A DNA stretch of 64,000 nucleotides from Kiritimatiellia bacterium (GTDB lineage Bacteria > Verrucomicrobiota > Kiritimatiellia > RFP12 > JAAYLN01), in the NCBI GenBank assembly GCA_045627605.1, contig JAZQOA010000019.1, positions 124 through 64,123 on the forward strand, read 5' to 3'. Shown here piece by piece: positions 27,626-37,439 of the stretch. A model generated the notes under the pieces. The model was not told where the DNA came from. It saw only the letters and a program-made list of their open reading frames with translations, and did no database searches. Numbering within the stretch: the first letter of the stretch is position 1; each line of letters opens with the position of its first letter. Both the position numbers and the translations under genes were made by a program.

Positions 27626-27901
27626 ATGAGCGAAGAAGTCAAACAGGAGCGCGGCGTGCGCAAGACCCGCACCGGCGTTGTCATCAGCAAGAGCGGCGAC
27701 AAGTCCGTCGTCGTCCGCGGCGAGAGCCGCCTTCCGCACCCGGTGTACGGCAAGGTCGTTCGCCGTTTCAAGAAGTACCACTGCGACGACGCGAAGAACG
27801 CCTGCAAGGTTGGCGACACGGTCGAGATCGTCGAGTGCCGCCCGCTTTCGAAGACGAAGCGCTGGCGCGTCACGGCGATCATCGCCGAGGCCAAGGAATA
27901 G
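27626..27901 (+). CDS. rpsQ: 30S ribosomal protein S17
   Basis: 91 aa. RKTRTGVVISKSGDKSVVV..., HPVYGKVVRRFKKYHCDD, VEIVECRPLSKTKRW. Confidence 0.95.
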   Translation: MSEEVKQERGVRKTRTGVVISKSGDKSVVVRGESRLPHPVYGKVVRRFKKYHCDDAKNACKVGDTVEIVECRPLSKTKRWRVTAIIAEAKE

Positions 27902-27913
27902 GAGACAGGGACA

Positions 27914-28279
27914 ATGATACGCGAAGAGTCTAACCTCGTGGTCGCGGACAACACCGGCGCGAAAATCGCCAAGTGCTTCCGCGTCATGGGCCAGCGCAAG
28001 GAGTTCGCCCACATCGGCGACGTGATCAAGGTCTCCATCCGCGAGGCCACGCCCACGGGCGCGGTCAAGAAGGGGCAGGTCTGCCTGGCGGTCATCATCC
28101 GCACGGCGGCGCCGATTCGCCGCAAGGACGGGTCAACGCTTTCCTTCGACCAGAACGCCTGCGTGATTGTCGATGCGAAGTTCAACCCGATTGGCACCCG
28201 TGTTTTCGGGCCGGTCGCCCGCGAACTCCGCGATTCCGTCTGCGCCAAGGTCGTCTCGATGGCGCCCGAAGTGGTCTAA
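27914..28279 (+). CDS. rplN: 50S ribosomal protein L14
   Basis: 121 aa. MIREESNLVVADNTGAK..., GTRVFGPVAREL. Confidence 0.95.
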   Translation: MIREESNLVVADNTGAKIAKCFRVMGQRKEFAHIGDVIKVSIREATPTGAVKKGQVCLAVIIRTAAPIRRKDGSTLSFDQNACVIVDAKFNPIGTRVFGPVARELRDSVCAKVVSMAPEVV

Positions 28280-28302
28280 CACGGAAGAGGAGCTTTAGAA
28301 CA

Positions 28303-28617
28303 ATGAGCATTGCACGAATCAAGACTGGCGACACCGTCGTTGTCATCTCCGGCGAGTATGCGGGCAAGACCGGCAAGGTCAAGTCCGTCAGCCCCGAGAA
28401 GGAGACCGCGGTTGTCGAAGGCATCAACAAGGTCAAGCGCGCCGTTCGCCGCTCGCAGGAGAACCCCAACGGGGGTTTTGTCGAGTTTGAGGCGCCGATC
28501 CGCCTCTGCAAGCTGATGCCCTACGACGAGGGCGCGAAGAAAGGCGTCCGCATTTCACGCGTCAAGGAGGGCGACAAGTTCGTCCGCAAGGCCAAGGGAA
28601 CCGGCCGCGTATTCTGA
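28303..28617 (+). CDS. rplX: 50S ribosomal protein L24
   Basis: 104 aa from ATG 28303. IKTGDTVVVISGEYAGKTGKV KOW motif. Confidence 0.9.
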   Translation: MSIARIKTGDTVVVISGEYAGKTGKVKSVSPEKETAVVEGINKVKRAVRRSQENPNGGFVEFEAPIRLCKLMPYDEGAKKGVRISRVKEGDKFVRKAKGTGRVF

Positions 28618-28630
28618 TTGAGAGGAACTT

Positions 28631-29176
28631 ATGTCCAGGTTGAAGGATAAATACACAACCGAAGTGGTGCCGAAGCTCGTCGAGAAGCTCGGCCTCCGCA
28701 ACCCCATGCTCGTGCCGAAGGTCTCAAAGGTCGTCGTCAACATGGGTTTTGGCATCGTGGAGAAAGACGTCCAGAAGAAGCTCGTCGAAGAACTCGCCGC
28801 CATCACCGGCCAGCAGCCGCTGCTTTGCAAGGCGCGCAAGAGCGTGTCGAACTTCAAGTTGCGCGAAGGCATGGTCATCGGCGCGAAGGTCACGCTCCGC
28901 GGCGAGAAGATGTACGAGTTCCTCGATCGCGTCTTCAACGTCACGCTTCCCCGTATCCGCGACTTCCGCGGCCTTCCCAACCGCGGCTTCGACGGTCGCG
29001 GCAACTACACGTTTGGCCTCAAGGACCAGACGACATTCCCGGAAATCGACGCCACGCAGATCCCGGCCGAAAAGGGCATGGACATTTCGATCTGCACGAC
29101 CGGCGACGACAAGTCGGCCCGTGAGCTTCTCACGCTCCTCGGCCTTCCCTTTGCCGGCAGGAACAAGAACAAGTAA
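28631..29176 (+). CDS. rplE: 50S ribosomal protein L5
   Basis: 181 aa. [14 protein letters not shown]..., [24 protein letters not shown]. Confidence 0.95.
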   Translation: MSRLKDKYTTEVVPKLVEKLGLRNPMLVPKVSKVVVNMGFGIVEKDVQKKLVEELAAITGQQPLLCKARKSVSNFKLREGMVIGAKVTLRGEKMYEFLDRVFNVTLPRIRDFRGLPNRGFDGRGNYTFGLKDQTTFPEIDATQIPAEKGMDISICTTGDDKSARELLTLLGLPFAGRNKNK

Positions 29177-29187
29177 GGAGTCAACCT

Positions 29188-29373
29188 GTGGCTAAGACAT
29201 GTTTGATTGTTAAGGCGTCCCGCAAGCCGAAGTTCAGCTCGCGCGGCTATACGCGCTGCTCCCGTTGCGGCAGGCCCCATTCCGTGATCCGCAAGTTCCA
29301 GCTTTGCCGTCTTTGCTTCCGCGAACTGGCGCTGTCCGGGCAGATTCCCGGTGTGACCAAGGCCAGCTGGTAG
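29188..29373 (+). CDS. rpsZ: 30S ribosomal protein S14, zinc-binding type Z
   Basis: 61 aa, GTG start. [25 protein letters not shown] (CxxC...CxxC), ending ...KASW. Confidence 0.9.
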   Translation: MAKTCLIVKASRKPKFSSRGYTRCSRCGRPHSVIRKFQLCRLCFRELALSGQIPGVTKASW

Positions 29374-29385
29374 GAGACCCACGAA

Positions 29386-29778
29386 ATGAGTATGTCAGAT
29401 CCAATCGCGGATATGCTCACCCGCATCCGCAACGCGCAGAAGGCGCGTCTTCCCGAGGTGTCGATTCCGACCTCCAAGATGAAGGCCGAGATTGCCCGCG
29501 TCCTCAAGGAGTACGGTTACATCTCCGATGTCGTCGCCGGCCCCGGCAAGCGCGAGTTCACCCTCTCGCTCCGCTACGCCAAAGACGGCAACCCGGTGAT
29601 CCGCGGCATCCGCCGCTGGAGCCGTCCCGGCCTCCGCCGCTATTGCGCGGTCGACGAGATCCCGTTGGTTCTCGGAGGCCTCGGCCACACCGTGATTTCC
29701 ACCTCAAAGGGGATCATGAGCGGCCGCCAGGCGCGCAAGATCGGCGTTGGCGGCGAAATTCTCTGCAAGGTTTGGTAA
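29386..29778 (+). CDS. rpsH: 30S ribosomal protein S8
   Basis: 130 aa. DPIADMLTRIRNAQKA..., TSKGIMSGRQARKIGVGGEILCKVW. Confidence 0.95.
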   Translation: MSMSDPIADMLTRIRNAQKARLPEVSIPTSKMKAEIARVLKEYGYISDVVAGPGKREFTLSLRYAKDGNPVIRGIRRWSRPGLRRYCAVDEIPLVLGGLGHTVISTSKGIMSGRQARKIGVGGEILCKVW

Positions 29779-29789
29779 AGGATTAAGCC

Positions 29790-30329
29790 ATGTCGAAAAT
29801 TGGAAAACAACCCGTGGCGATCCCCGCCGGCGTGACCGTTTCGGTCGATGGCGGCAAGATCACCGTCAAGGGCAAGCTCGGCGAGCTTAGCCGTACCATC
29901 CCGGCCGGGATTTCCGCCGAGGTCAAGGACGGCCACGTCATTTACACCCGCGCCGACGACAGCCGCATGAACAAGAGCCTCCACGGCCTCAGCCGTACGC
30001 TCTGCGCCAACATGATCGAGGGCGTCACCAAGGGCTATAAGAAGGAACTCTCCATCGAGGGCACCGGTTTCAAGGCCGTCCTCCAGGGCTCCAAGCTTCT
30101 TCTTTCGCTCGGTTTCGCCTCGCCGAAGGAATATGATGTCCCCGCCGGCATCAAGGCCACGGTTGGCAAGGACGGCGTCCTCGTCTCCGTGGAGGGCTGC
30201 GACAAGGAACTCGTCGGCCAGGCGGCCGCGCGCATCCGCAGCTACTATCCCGCCGAGCCCTACAAGGGCAAGGGCGTCAAGTACGTCGGCGAAGTCATCC
30301 GCCGCAAGCAGGGCAAGAAGATGGCCTAA
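29790..30329 (+). CDS. rplF: 50S ribosomal protein L6
   Basis: 179 aa. MSKIGKQPVAIPAGVTV..., YYPAEPYKGKGVKYVGE. Confidence 0.95.
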   Translation: MSKIGKQPVAIPAGVTVSVDGGKITVKGKLGELSRTIPAGISAEVKDGHVIYTRADDSRMNKSLHGLSRTLCANMIEGVTKGYKKELSIEGTGFKAVLQGSKLLLSLGFASPKEYDVPAGIKATVGKDGVLVSVEGCDKELVGQAAARIRSYYPAEPYKGKGVKYVGEVIRRKQGKKMA

Positions 30330-30355
30330 AGCGGCCTGAAAGGTGTTTTCAGAAT

Positions 30356-30718
30356 ATGAAGAATCGCATTGATCAGCGCAGGCTCCGCCACATGCGCCTC
30401 CGCCAGAAGGTGAAGGGCACGGCGGCTCGTCCCCGCATGTCGCTGTACTTCTCCAACCGCAACGTGACCGTGCAGTTCATCGACGACGACGCGGCGAAGA
30501 CCCTCGCGGCCTTCTCTTCGGTCGGCGCCGACGCGAAGCTCAATGTCGCCTCCGCGGTTGAAGCCGGCAAGAAGGCCGCCGAGGCCGCCAAGGCCAAGGG
30601 CATCGAGACCGTCGTCGTCGACCGCGGCGGCTTCGCCTTCCATGGCCGTGTCAAGGCCCTTGTCGAGGCAGCCGTCGAGGCCGGCCTCAAGATCACCCAG
30701 AAAGAGGAGGCCAAGTAA
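30356..30718 (+). CDS. rplR: 50S ribosomal protein L18
   Basis: 120 aa. RHMRLRQKVKGTAARPRMSLYFSNRNVTVQFIDD, VVDRGGFAFHGRVKALVEAAVEAGL. Confidence 0.95.
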   Translation: MKNRIDQRRLRHMRLRQKVKGTAARPRMSLYFSNRNVTVQFIDDDAAKTLAAFSSVGADAKLNVASAVEAGKKAAEAAKAKGIETVVVDRGGFAFHGRVKALVEAAVEAGLKITQKEEAK

Positions 30719-30721
30719 ACC

Positions 30722-31228
30722 ATGGCTATGGAACAAGGTGAGAGGCGCCGTCCGCGCCACGATGCCGCGCCCGCTAACGAATTTGACGAGCGCGTCGTCT
30801 TCCTGAACCGCTGCGCCAAGACCGTCAAGGGTGGTCGCCGCATGTCGTTTTCCGCCGTCGTCGTCGTTGGCGACCGCGAGGGCAAGGTTGGCTTCGGCTT
30901 CGGCAAGGCCAACGAGGTCTCCGAGGCCATCCGCAAGGGTGGCGAGGCGGCCCGCCGCGACATGATGCCGGTCACGATGAAGGGCCGCACGATTCCGCAC
31001 GAGGTCTTTGGCTTCGCCGATGGCGGCCGCGTCCTCCTCAAGCCCGCGCCCGATGGCTCGGGCGTGATTTGCGGCGGCGGTATGCGCCCGGTCCTCGAGG
31101 CCGCGGGCGTCCGCGACGTCGTGGGCAAGTCGCTTGGCAGCAAGAACAAGCTCAACGTCGTCAAGGCGACCATCGACGCCCTCCGCCAGCTTCGCTCGGC
31201 CGAGGCCCTCGCCGAGGCGCGCGCCTAA
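30722..31228 (+). CDS. rpsE: 30S ribosomal protein S5
   Basis: 168 aa. [39 protein letters not shown]. Confidence 0.95.
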   Translation: MAMEQGERRRPRHDAAPANEFDERVVFLNRCAKTVKGGRRMSFSAVVVVGDREGKVGFGFGKANEVSEAIRKGGEAARRDMMPVTMKGRTIPHEVFGFADGGRVLLKPAPDGSGVICGGGMRPVLEAAGVRDVVGKSLGSKNKLNVVKATIDALRQLRSAEALAEARA

Positions 31229-31244
31229 TTTCCAAACTCAAGGC

Positions 31245-31268
31245 GGGCGGGGCCAGGCGGCCCCGCCC
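31245..31268 (+). other. perfect 10-bp GC stem-loop in the rpsE-rplO spacer, abutting the rplO Shine-Dalgarno
   Basis: GGGCGGGGCC (31245-31254), AGGC loop, GGCCCCGCCC (31259-31268), immediately followed by AGGAG and the rplO ATG at 31283. No U-run. Confidence 0.6.
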
Positions 31269-31282
31269 AGGAGATTGTCAAA

Positions 31283-31720
31283 ATGGATTTGCATAGCCTT
31301 ACTAATGAACCGGGCGCCCGCCGCGCCGCCAAGCGCAGGGGCCGCGGTCGCGCATCGGGCCTCGGCAAGACTTCCGGCCGCGGCAACAAGGGCCAGTTCT
31401 CCCGCAAGGGCCACAAGTCGAAGCTCGGCTTTGAAGGCGGCCAGATGCCGCTTCTCCGCCGCATGCCCAAGCGCGGCTTCAAGAACCCGAACCGCTGCCC
31501 GTTCTTCGGCGTCAACGTTTCCGCCCTCGACAAGTTCGAGGCCGGCGCGGAAATCACGCCCTGCATGCTCGCTGAGGCTGGTCTTTTCGATGGATGCCGC
31601 GTGAAGATTCTCGGCTCCGGCGAAGTCAAGGCCGCCCACACGGTCAAGGCCCACGCCTTCTCCGAGTCCGCCAAGGCCAAGATCGAGGCCGCCGGCGGCA
31701 AGTGCGAAGTCATCGAATAA
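31283..31720 (+). CDS. rplO: 50S ribosomal protein L15
   Basis: 145 aa. GRGRASGLGKTSGRGNKGQ..., GFEGGQMPLLRRMPKRGF. Confidence 0.95.
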   Translation: MDLHSLTNEPGARRAAKRRGRGRASGLGKTSGRGNKGQFSRKGHKSKLGFEGGQMPLLRRMPKRGFKNPNRCPFFGVNVSALDKFEAGAEITPCMLAEAGLFDGCRVKILGSGEVKAAHTVKAHAFSESAKAKIEAAGGKCEVIE

Positions 31721-31750
31721 CCAAGAACCCGGAAACTGGGGAAGTCCATT

Positions 31751-33112
31751 ATGCTCGGAGCATTCGCTAACACTCTCAAGGTTCCCGAATTGAGGAAGCG
31801 CATCCTCTTCACGGTCGGTCTTGTCGCCATCTGCCGCCTGGTCTCGATGGTTCCGACGCCGGGAGTGGACTGGCGCGCCCTTTCGGAGGCTCTCGACCGC
31901 ATCCGCGAGTCGGCGGGGGCCTCGGGCGGTCTCATGGGCATGGTGGACGTCTTCTCCGGCGGCGCCCTTGGGCGCTGCTCGGTCGGCGTTCTTGGTATCT
32001 GGCCGTACATCAGCGCATCGATCATCTTGCAGCTGATGACGGCCATCGTCCCCGCTCTTGAACGAATGGCGCGCGACGGCGAGTCGGGCCGCCAGAAGAT
32101 CAACCAGTGGACGCGCTACTTCACGATTGTCATCTGCCTTTTCCAGGGCTGGTTCCTTGCGCGTACGCTTGAACACCCCGACTACCTCGGGCTTTCCGGC
32201 CTCCCGCTCGTTTCCAACCCCGGCTTCGGCTTCGAGTTCATGACTGTCGTCGCGATGACGACCGCCGCCATGCTCGTCATGTGGCTGGGCGACCAGATCA
32301 CGGCCCGCGGCATTGGCAACGGCATCTCGCTTATCATCATGATCAACATCTGCTCCCGCCTCCCGATGGCCGTCTTCGACGCCTGGAGCAGGTACTTCTC
32401 AAAGCAGGCGACTTCTTCCGTCTTTGAACTCATCCTCCTGCTTTTGGTCGCGTTCCTTGTCTGCGCCTTCACCGTGATGCTCACCCAGGGCGTCCGCAAA
32501 GTCCAGATTCACTCGGCGCGCCGCTCGGCGGGGGCCAGCGCCTATGGCGGTCTCGCCAACTACATGCCGCTCCGCGTCAACTTCTCGGGCGTCATGCCGA
32601 TTATCTTCGCGGGCCCGATTCTCCAGATTCCCGGCTCCTTCCTCACCAAGCTCCCCTCCGATCGCTTCCCCTTCCTCCACGGCATCGGCCAATCCCTTGC
32701 CGAGGGTATGAGCTGGGGCTATGTCATCCTCTTCTCTTTGCTCGTCCTCTTCTTCAGCTTCTTCTGGGTCGCGACCCAGTTTAACGCCGTCCGCATCGCC
32801 GACGACTTGAAGCGCACCGGCGGCTACGTCCCCGGCATCCGCCCTGGCCGAGCCACGGCCGAATATCTTGACCATACGATGTCGCGCGTGACGCTTATCG
32901 GCGCCATTGGCCTCATCATCATCGCGATTTTCCCGACGCTTCTCCGCGCCCACCTCAATCTCCCCTGGGAGATGGCGAGTTTCTTTGGCGGAACGTCGCT
33001 TCTCATTATCGTGGGCGTTGCCCTCGACACCCTCCGCCAGATGGAGTCGTATCTCACGATGCGCCACTACGACGGATTCCTCAAGCACGGCCGCATCCAG
33101 GCCAGGAGGTAG
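31751..33112 (+). CDS. secY: preprotein translocase subunit SecY
   Basis: 453 aa, 10 TM segments. LRKRILFTVGLVAICRL..., GIGNGISLIIM, GGYVPGIRPGRATAEYL. Confidence 0.95.
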   Translation: MLGAFANTLKVPELRKRILFTVGLVAICRLVSMVPTPGVDWRALSEALDRIRESAGASGGLMGMVDVFSGGALGRCSVGVLGIWPYISASIILQLMTAIVPALERMARDGESGRQKINQWTRYFTIVICLFQGWFLARTLEHPDYLGLSGLPLVSNPGFGFEFMTVVAMTTAAMLVMWLGDQITARGIGNGISLIIMINICSRLPMAVFDAWSRYFSKQATSSVFELILLLLVAFLVCAFTVMLTQGVRKVQIHSARRSAGASAYGGLANYMPLRVNFSGVMPIIFAGPILQIPGSFLTKLPSDRFPFLHGIGQSLAEGMSWGYVILFSLLVLFFSFFWVATQFNAVRIADDLKRTGGYVPGIRPGRATAEYLDHTMSRVTLIGAIGLIIIAIFPTLLRAHLNLPWEMASFFGGTSLLIIVGVALDTLRQMESYLTMRHYDGFLKHGRIQARR

Positions 33113-33119
33113 TTGAACC

Positions 33120-33773
33120 ATGAAGATTGTCGTCATCCTCGGCGCCCCCGGCTCGGGCAAGGGAACGGTTGCCGCGCGCCTCGTCAAGACCCTTCCGCTC
33201 AAGCATGTTTCCACGGGCGACCTTCTCCGGGCCGCCGCGAAGAATGCCGATTCGCCCCTCGCGAAGTCGGTTGCCGAGACGATGAAGAAGGGCGAGCTCG
33301 TCTCAGACGAAATCGTTGGGGCCCTCGTCGTCGAGCAGCTTTCGAAGTGCAAGGGACAGTTCGAATACTTCCTTCTCGATGGCTACCCCCGCAACGAGAA
33401 GCAGGCTGAGTTCCTCGAGTCCGAACTCGCGAAGAACGGCGAGAAGGTTTCCAAGGCCGTCTGGCTCGAGGTTCCCGAAGAGGTTCTTGTCGGCCGTCTC
33501 AGCGGACGCCGTACCTGCCCGAAGTGCGGGGCCGGCTTCCATGTCGAGACGATGAAGCCCAAAGTCGATGGCATCTGCGACGTCTGCGGCGCGGCACTTG
33601 TGCAGCGCCCGGATGACGCCCCGGAAAACGTCGCCAACCGCCTCAAGGTCTACCATGCCAAGACGGCTTCCCTTCTCGGATGGTACGAGGGCAAGGGTGT
33701 CTTGGCGAAGGTTTGCGGCGTTGGCGAGGCCGATGCCGTCGCGGAAGCCGTTGCCGCCGCCATTTCGAAGTGA
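33120..33773 (+). CDS. adk: adenylate kinase (Cys4 zinc lid)
   Basis: 217 aa. P-loop GAPGSGKGT and lid CPKCG...CDVCG. Confidence 0.95.
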   Translation: MKIVVILGAPGSGKGTVAARLVKTLPLKHVSTGDLLRAAAKNADSPLAKSVAETMKKGELVSDEIVGALVVEQLSKCKGQFEYFLLDGYPRNEKQAEFLESELAKNGEKVSKAVWLEVPEEVLVGRLSGRRTCPKCGAGFHVETMKPKVDGICDVCGAALVQRPDDAPENVANRLKVYHAKTASLLGWYEGKGVLAKVCGVGEADAVAEAVAAAISK

Positions 33774-34525
33774 AAATCGCTTTGAAAAAGGGCAGGGCGC
33801 TTGACGGCATGCGCGAAGCGGGCCGTCTCGCCGCCGAAGTCCTGCGCGTCTGCAAGGATTCCGTGGAACCTGGCATGACGACGGGCGACATCGATGCGAT
33901 TTGCCTCAAGACGATCCATTCGCTTGGGGCGGAAAGTTCGACGCTGGGCTTTTGTGGTTTCCCCGGGGCGCTTTGCGTCTCGGTGAACGAGGAGGTTATC
34001 CACGGGATTCCGGGCAAGCGCGTCATCCACCTGGGCGACGTCGTGAGCTTGGACGTGACCGTCAAATACGGCGGCTACCACGGCGACAACGCCGTGACAG
34101 TTGCCGTTGGCGCGGTTCCCCCCGAAACGGAGGAGCTTCTGGCGGTGACGAAGGCGGCGCTTGAGGCGGGAATAGCCGCCGCAGCTCCGGGGAGGCATTT
34201 GTCGGATGTCTCCGCGGCGGTCGAGAAAGTCGCCCGCGCCGGTGGGTGTGGAATTGTGCGCGAGTTCGTCGGTCACGGGATCGGCCGCTCGATGCACGAG
34301 GAACCTCAGGTTCCGAATTTCGGCCGTCCCGGCCGGGGTCCGATTCTTGAGGAGGGGATGGTCTTCTGCATTGAGCCGATGCTCACGCGGGGATCGCCCC
34401 GGATCGAGGTGCTTGACGACAAGTGGACGGTTGTCGCGAAGGATGGCAAGCCGGCCGCGCACTTCGAGCATACGGTGGCAATCGTCCCCGGAGGGGTTGA
34501 AATCCTGACTCCGAGGGACTTTTGA
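33770..34525 (+). CDS. map: type I methionine aminopeptidase
   Basis: 251 aa from GTG 33770 (GTGA overlap with the adk stop). VKIALKKGRALDGMREAGRLAAEVL, VNEEVIHGIP, DVTVKYGGYHGD, FVGHGIG, EPM, FEHT. Confidence 0.9.
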   Translation: MKIALKKGRALDGMREAGRLAAEVLRVCKDSVEPGMTTGDIDAICLKTIHSLGAESSTLGFCGFPGALCVSVNEEVIHGIPGKRVIHLGDVVSLDVTVKYGGYHGDNAVTVAVGAVPPETEELLAVTKAALEAGIAAAAPGRHLSDVSAAVEKVARAGGCGIVREFVGHGIGRSMHEEPQVPNFGRPGRGPILEEGMVFCIEPMLTRGSPRIEVLDDKWTVVAKDGKPAAHFEHTVAIVPGGVEILTPRDF

Positions 34526-34634
34526 GTTGGCGCGGAGACCTTGGGTTTCCGCAGGAATGAATTTTTTGGTGGACAATGTTCGCCTTTTAAGGTAAACTAT
34601 TTGTCTTGCATTTTAATGAGGGAGAACAAAGGCC

Positions 34635-34748
34635 ATGAAGGTTAGAAGTTCGGTTCGTAGAATCTGCGAGCGGTGCAGGATCGTGCGCCGCAAGGGAGTT
34701 GTGCGCGTCTGCTGCACCAACCCCCGTCACAAACAGCGTCAAGGATAA
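34635..34748 (+). CDS. rpmJ: 50S ribosomal protein L36
   Basis: 37 aa, [37 protein letters not shown], with GGAG RBS. Too short for the supplied ORF track. Confidence 0.9.
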   Translation: MKVRSSVRRICERCRIVRRKGVVRVCCTNPRHKQRQG

Positions 34749-34762
34749 CTGGAGAAAATACC

Positions 34763-35164
34763 ATGCCGAGAATAGTGGGTGTGGACGTTCCTGGTAAGAA
34801 GCGCGTCGACTACGCGCTCCGTTATATCCATGGAATCGGTCCTGCAAGGGCCAACGAAATCGTGGCCGGCTGCAACATAGACGCGTCTAAGCACGCAGAG
34901 CTGCTTACCGCTGACGAGCTCCGTCAGATTATCGCGTTTATCCAGGAGCATTACCGCGTCGAGGGCGATCTCCGTCGCGAGGTGGCGCAGAATATCCGCC
35001 GCCTTATCAGCACGGGGTCGTACCGCGGCCAGCGGCATCGCCGCGGGCTTCCCGTCCGCGGCCAGCGTACGCGCACCAACGCCAGAACGCGCAAGGGCGC
35101 CAAGAAGACCGTGAGCGCGGTCCGCGACAAGGAAGAGCGCAAGGCGATGAAGGCCGGCGCGTAA
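34763..35164 (+). CDS. rpsM: 30S ribosomal protein S13
   Basis: 133 aa from ATG 34763. [15 protein letters not shown]..., [25 protein letters not shown]. Confidence 0.95.
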   Translation: MPRIVGVDVPGKKRVDYALRYIHGIGPARANEIVAGCNIDASKHAELLTADELRQIIAFIQEHYRVEGDLRREVAQNIRRLISTGSYRGQRHRRGLPVRGQRTRTNARTRKGAKKTVSAVRDKEERKAMKAGA

Positions 35165-35178
35165 TTGAGGCTTAACTC

Positions 35179-35685
35179 ATGAGCGAAGAAAAAACGGATG
35201 TAAAGGAAGAACAGCCCGTCGACACCGCCAAGAGCGAGGCGATGGCTGTCTTGAACATGGGCGGACCCGATGTCGCGGCCGCCGCACCCACCGAGGGCGA
35301 GGACGCCAAGGCCAAGGGCAAGAAGGCCCGTGGCAAGAGCATACCCGCCGGGATCGCCTTCATCAAGGCGACCTTCAACAACACGATCGTCTCGATCACC
35401 GACGCCCGTGGCGGCGTGATTTCCTGGAGCTCGGCTGGCAAGGCCGGTTTCCGCGGGTCGCGCAAGTCCACTGCGTTTGCCGCGACGATGATCGCGCAGG
35501 ATGCTGCCCGCCAGGCCGCAGCCAAGGGCATGCACGAGGTTGAAGTCCGCATTCATGGCGCCGGAGCCGGGCGTGAGTCCGCCGTCCGCGCAATCCAGAA
35601 CGCGGGTATCCAGGTGAGCATGATTCGCGACTGCACTGCAGTACCTCATAACGGCTGCCGTGCTCGTAAACGCAGGAGAGTATAA
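35179..35685 (+). CDS. rpsK: 30S ribosomal protein S11 with an N-terminal extension of about 40 aa
   Basis: 168 aa with GAGG RBS 8 nt upstream. Core [15 protein letters not shown]..., [26 protein letters not shown]. The N-terminal 40 aa are acidic and Ala-rich; internal Mets at residues 22 and 27 are alternative starts. Confidence 0.9.
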   Translation: MSEEKTDVKEEQPVDTAKSEAMAVLNMGGPDVAAAAPTEGEDAKAKGKKARGKSIPAGIAFIKATFNNTIVSITDARGGVISWSSAGKAGFRGSRKSTAFAATMIAQDAARQAAAKGMHEVEVRIHGAGAGRESAVRAIQNAGIQVSMIRDCTAVPHNGCRARKRRRV

Positions 35686-36315
35686 ATGGGCAGGTATTCC
35701 GGTCCGACTTGCAAGATGTGCCGCAGAGCCGGCACCAAGTTGTTCCTTAAGGGCGCTCGTTGCTATTTGGGCAAGTGCGCCATTGAGAAGGGGCGCGCGG
35801 CCCCTGGCGTGCATGGTGCGAAGAGGAGTCGCAAGGCATCCGACTATTGCACGCAGCTCCGCGAAAAGCAGAAACTGCGCCGTCAGTACGGCATGCAGGA
35901 GGGTCAGTTCCACCGCTTCTTCGAGAACGCATTGCGTGCGAAGGGCGTCACGGGCGTCAACCTCCTCCAGCATCTCGAGATGCGCCTTGACAACGTCGTC
36001 TACCGCATGGGGCTTGCACCTTCGCGTCCGGCGGCCAGGCAGTTTGTCCTCCACAAGCACGTCTCCATCAACGGTCACATCGCCAATGTCCCCTCGATGC
36101 TCGTGAAGGTCGGCGACATTGTCGAAGTCCGCAACCGCCAGCGCAGCCGCGACGAGGCGGCCCGTGCGCTTGAGTCCGCCACGCAGGCCCAGACGCCGAC
36201 TTGGATTTCCATTGACCCCAAGGCGTTCCGCGGTGAAATCCTGAGTGTCCCGACCCGCGAGGAAATCGCCCCGGTCGCCGACGAGCAGGCCATCGTCGAA
36301 CTCTACTCCAGGTAG
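35686..36315 (+). CDS. rpsD: 30S ribosomal protein S4
   Basis: 209 aa. MGRYSGPTCKMCRRAGTKLFLKGARC, LEMRLDNVVYRMGLA S4 domain. Confidence 0.95.
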   Translation: MGRYSGPTCKMCRRAGTKLFLKGARCYLGKCAIEKGRAAPGVHGAKRSRKASDYCTQLREKQKLRRQYGMQEGQFHRFFENALRAKGVTGVNLLQHLEMRLDNVVYRMGLAPSRPAARQFVLHKHVSINGHIANVPSMLVKVGDIVEVRNRQRSRDEAARALESATQAQTPTWISIDPKAFRGEILSVPTREEIAPVADEQAIVELYSR

Positions 36316-36372
36316 TCGTGGTAGCGCACGGCGACTCGTTCGCCGGGCGTGGAGAGCGAAAGGCTTACCATC

Positions 36373-37413
36373 ATGTCAGAGAAAAATTTCGTTATGCCCG
36401 AGGGCGTGCAGAAGGACGAAGCCACGGCGACGCCCACATACGCACGTTACGAAGCCGGGCCTTTCGAGAATGGATACGCGCAGACGGTCGGCATTTCGCT
36501 CCGCCGCGTTCTCCTCTCCTCGATTGAGGGCGTCGCGATTACGGCCGTGCGCATCAAGGGCGCCGACCATGAGTTCACCACGGTTCCCGGCATCGCCGAG
36601 GACGTGACGGACATCATCATCGCCCTCAAGCAGGTGCTGATCAAGACCACGGGTTCGATACCCGAACGCATCTTCATCCAGAAGAAGGGGCCCTGCACCG
36701 TGACGGCCGGGGACTTCGAGACGGCGAACGCCGTGACGATTGTCAACCCGGAACTCCCGATCGCGACTGTTTCCGCCGGGGCCGAGTTCCAACTCGAGGC
36801 GGAACTCGCCAATGGCTACGGCTTCCACCCCGCCAACTGGAACCGCCCGGCCGAGCAGATCATCGGCCTCATCCCCATCGACAGCATCCATTCCCCGGTC
36901 ACCCGCGTCAACTTCTCCGCCGAAGCGAAGCGCGTTGGCGACAGGACCGCCTCCGAGAAGCTCGTCCTTGAGGCCTGGACCGACGGTCGCATCACGCCCG
37001 ACGACGCGCTCCACACCGGCGCCGAGCTCATCCGCCGCCATTTCGACGTCTTCCTTGGCGGAGCCCCCGCCATCGAGCCCGAAATCATCCCCGTGGCCCC
37101 CAAGGCCGACGCCCCCGCCGCGTCCCCGTTGATTGCGGCGCCTGTCGCCAAGGGAACCGACAAGATCGCCGCCACGCTCGCCATGAACATCAGCGAGCTT
37201 GAGTTGAGCGTCCGTTCGTCGAACTGCCTCAACAGGGAGAAGATCACGACGGTCGGCCAGCTGGTCTGCACCTCCGAGGAGGAGATGATGAACTTCCGCA
37301 ACTTCGGCCAAAAGTCACTCGACGAGATTCGCGAAAAGCTGAACAGTCTCGGCGTTGGCGACTCCTCCAAGATCGCGCCGGAGCTGCTCGCCCCCTACAA
37401 GAAGGCCAAGTAA
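36373..37413 (+). CDS. rpoA: DNA-directed RNA polymerase subunit alpha
   Basis: 346 aa from ATG 36373 (ORF-track GTG at 36349 is the alternative). GISLRRVLLSSIEG, C-terminal domain ELELSVRSSNCLNREKITTVGQL. Confidence 0.95.
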   Translation: MSEKNFVMPEGVQKDEATATPTYARYEAGPFENGYAQTVGISLRRVLLSSIEGVAITAVRIKGADHEFTTVPGIAEDVTDIIIALKQVLIKTTGSIPERIFIQKKGPCTVTAGDFETANAVTIVNPELPIATVSAGAEFQLEAELANGYGFHPANWNRPAEQIIGLIPIDSIHSPVTRVNFSAEAKRVGDRTASEKLVLEAWTDGRITPDDALHTGAELIRRHFDVFLGGAPAIEPEIIPVAPKADAPAASPLIAAPVAKGTDKIAATLAMNISELELSVRSSNCLNREKITTVGQLVCTSEEEMMNFRNFGQKSLDEIREKLNSLGVGDSSKIAPELLAPYKKAK

Positions 37414-37439
37414 CCTTTTTTTGAGAAAAGAGCGCAATC

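Noticed and set aside
34526-34634. Terminator-like hairpin (GCGGAGA...TTTCCGC plus T-run) and a TGGACA-17-TAAACT promoter between map and rpmJ
   Set aside because: The stem is imperfect and short, and the promoter hexamers are weak. It is plausible as an internal operon boundary but not strong enough to list as a feature.
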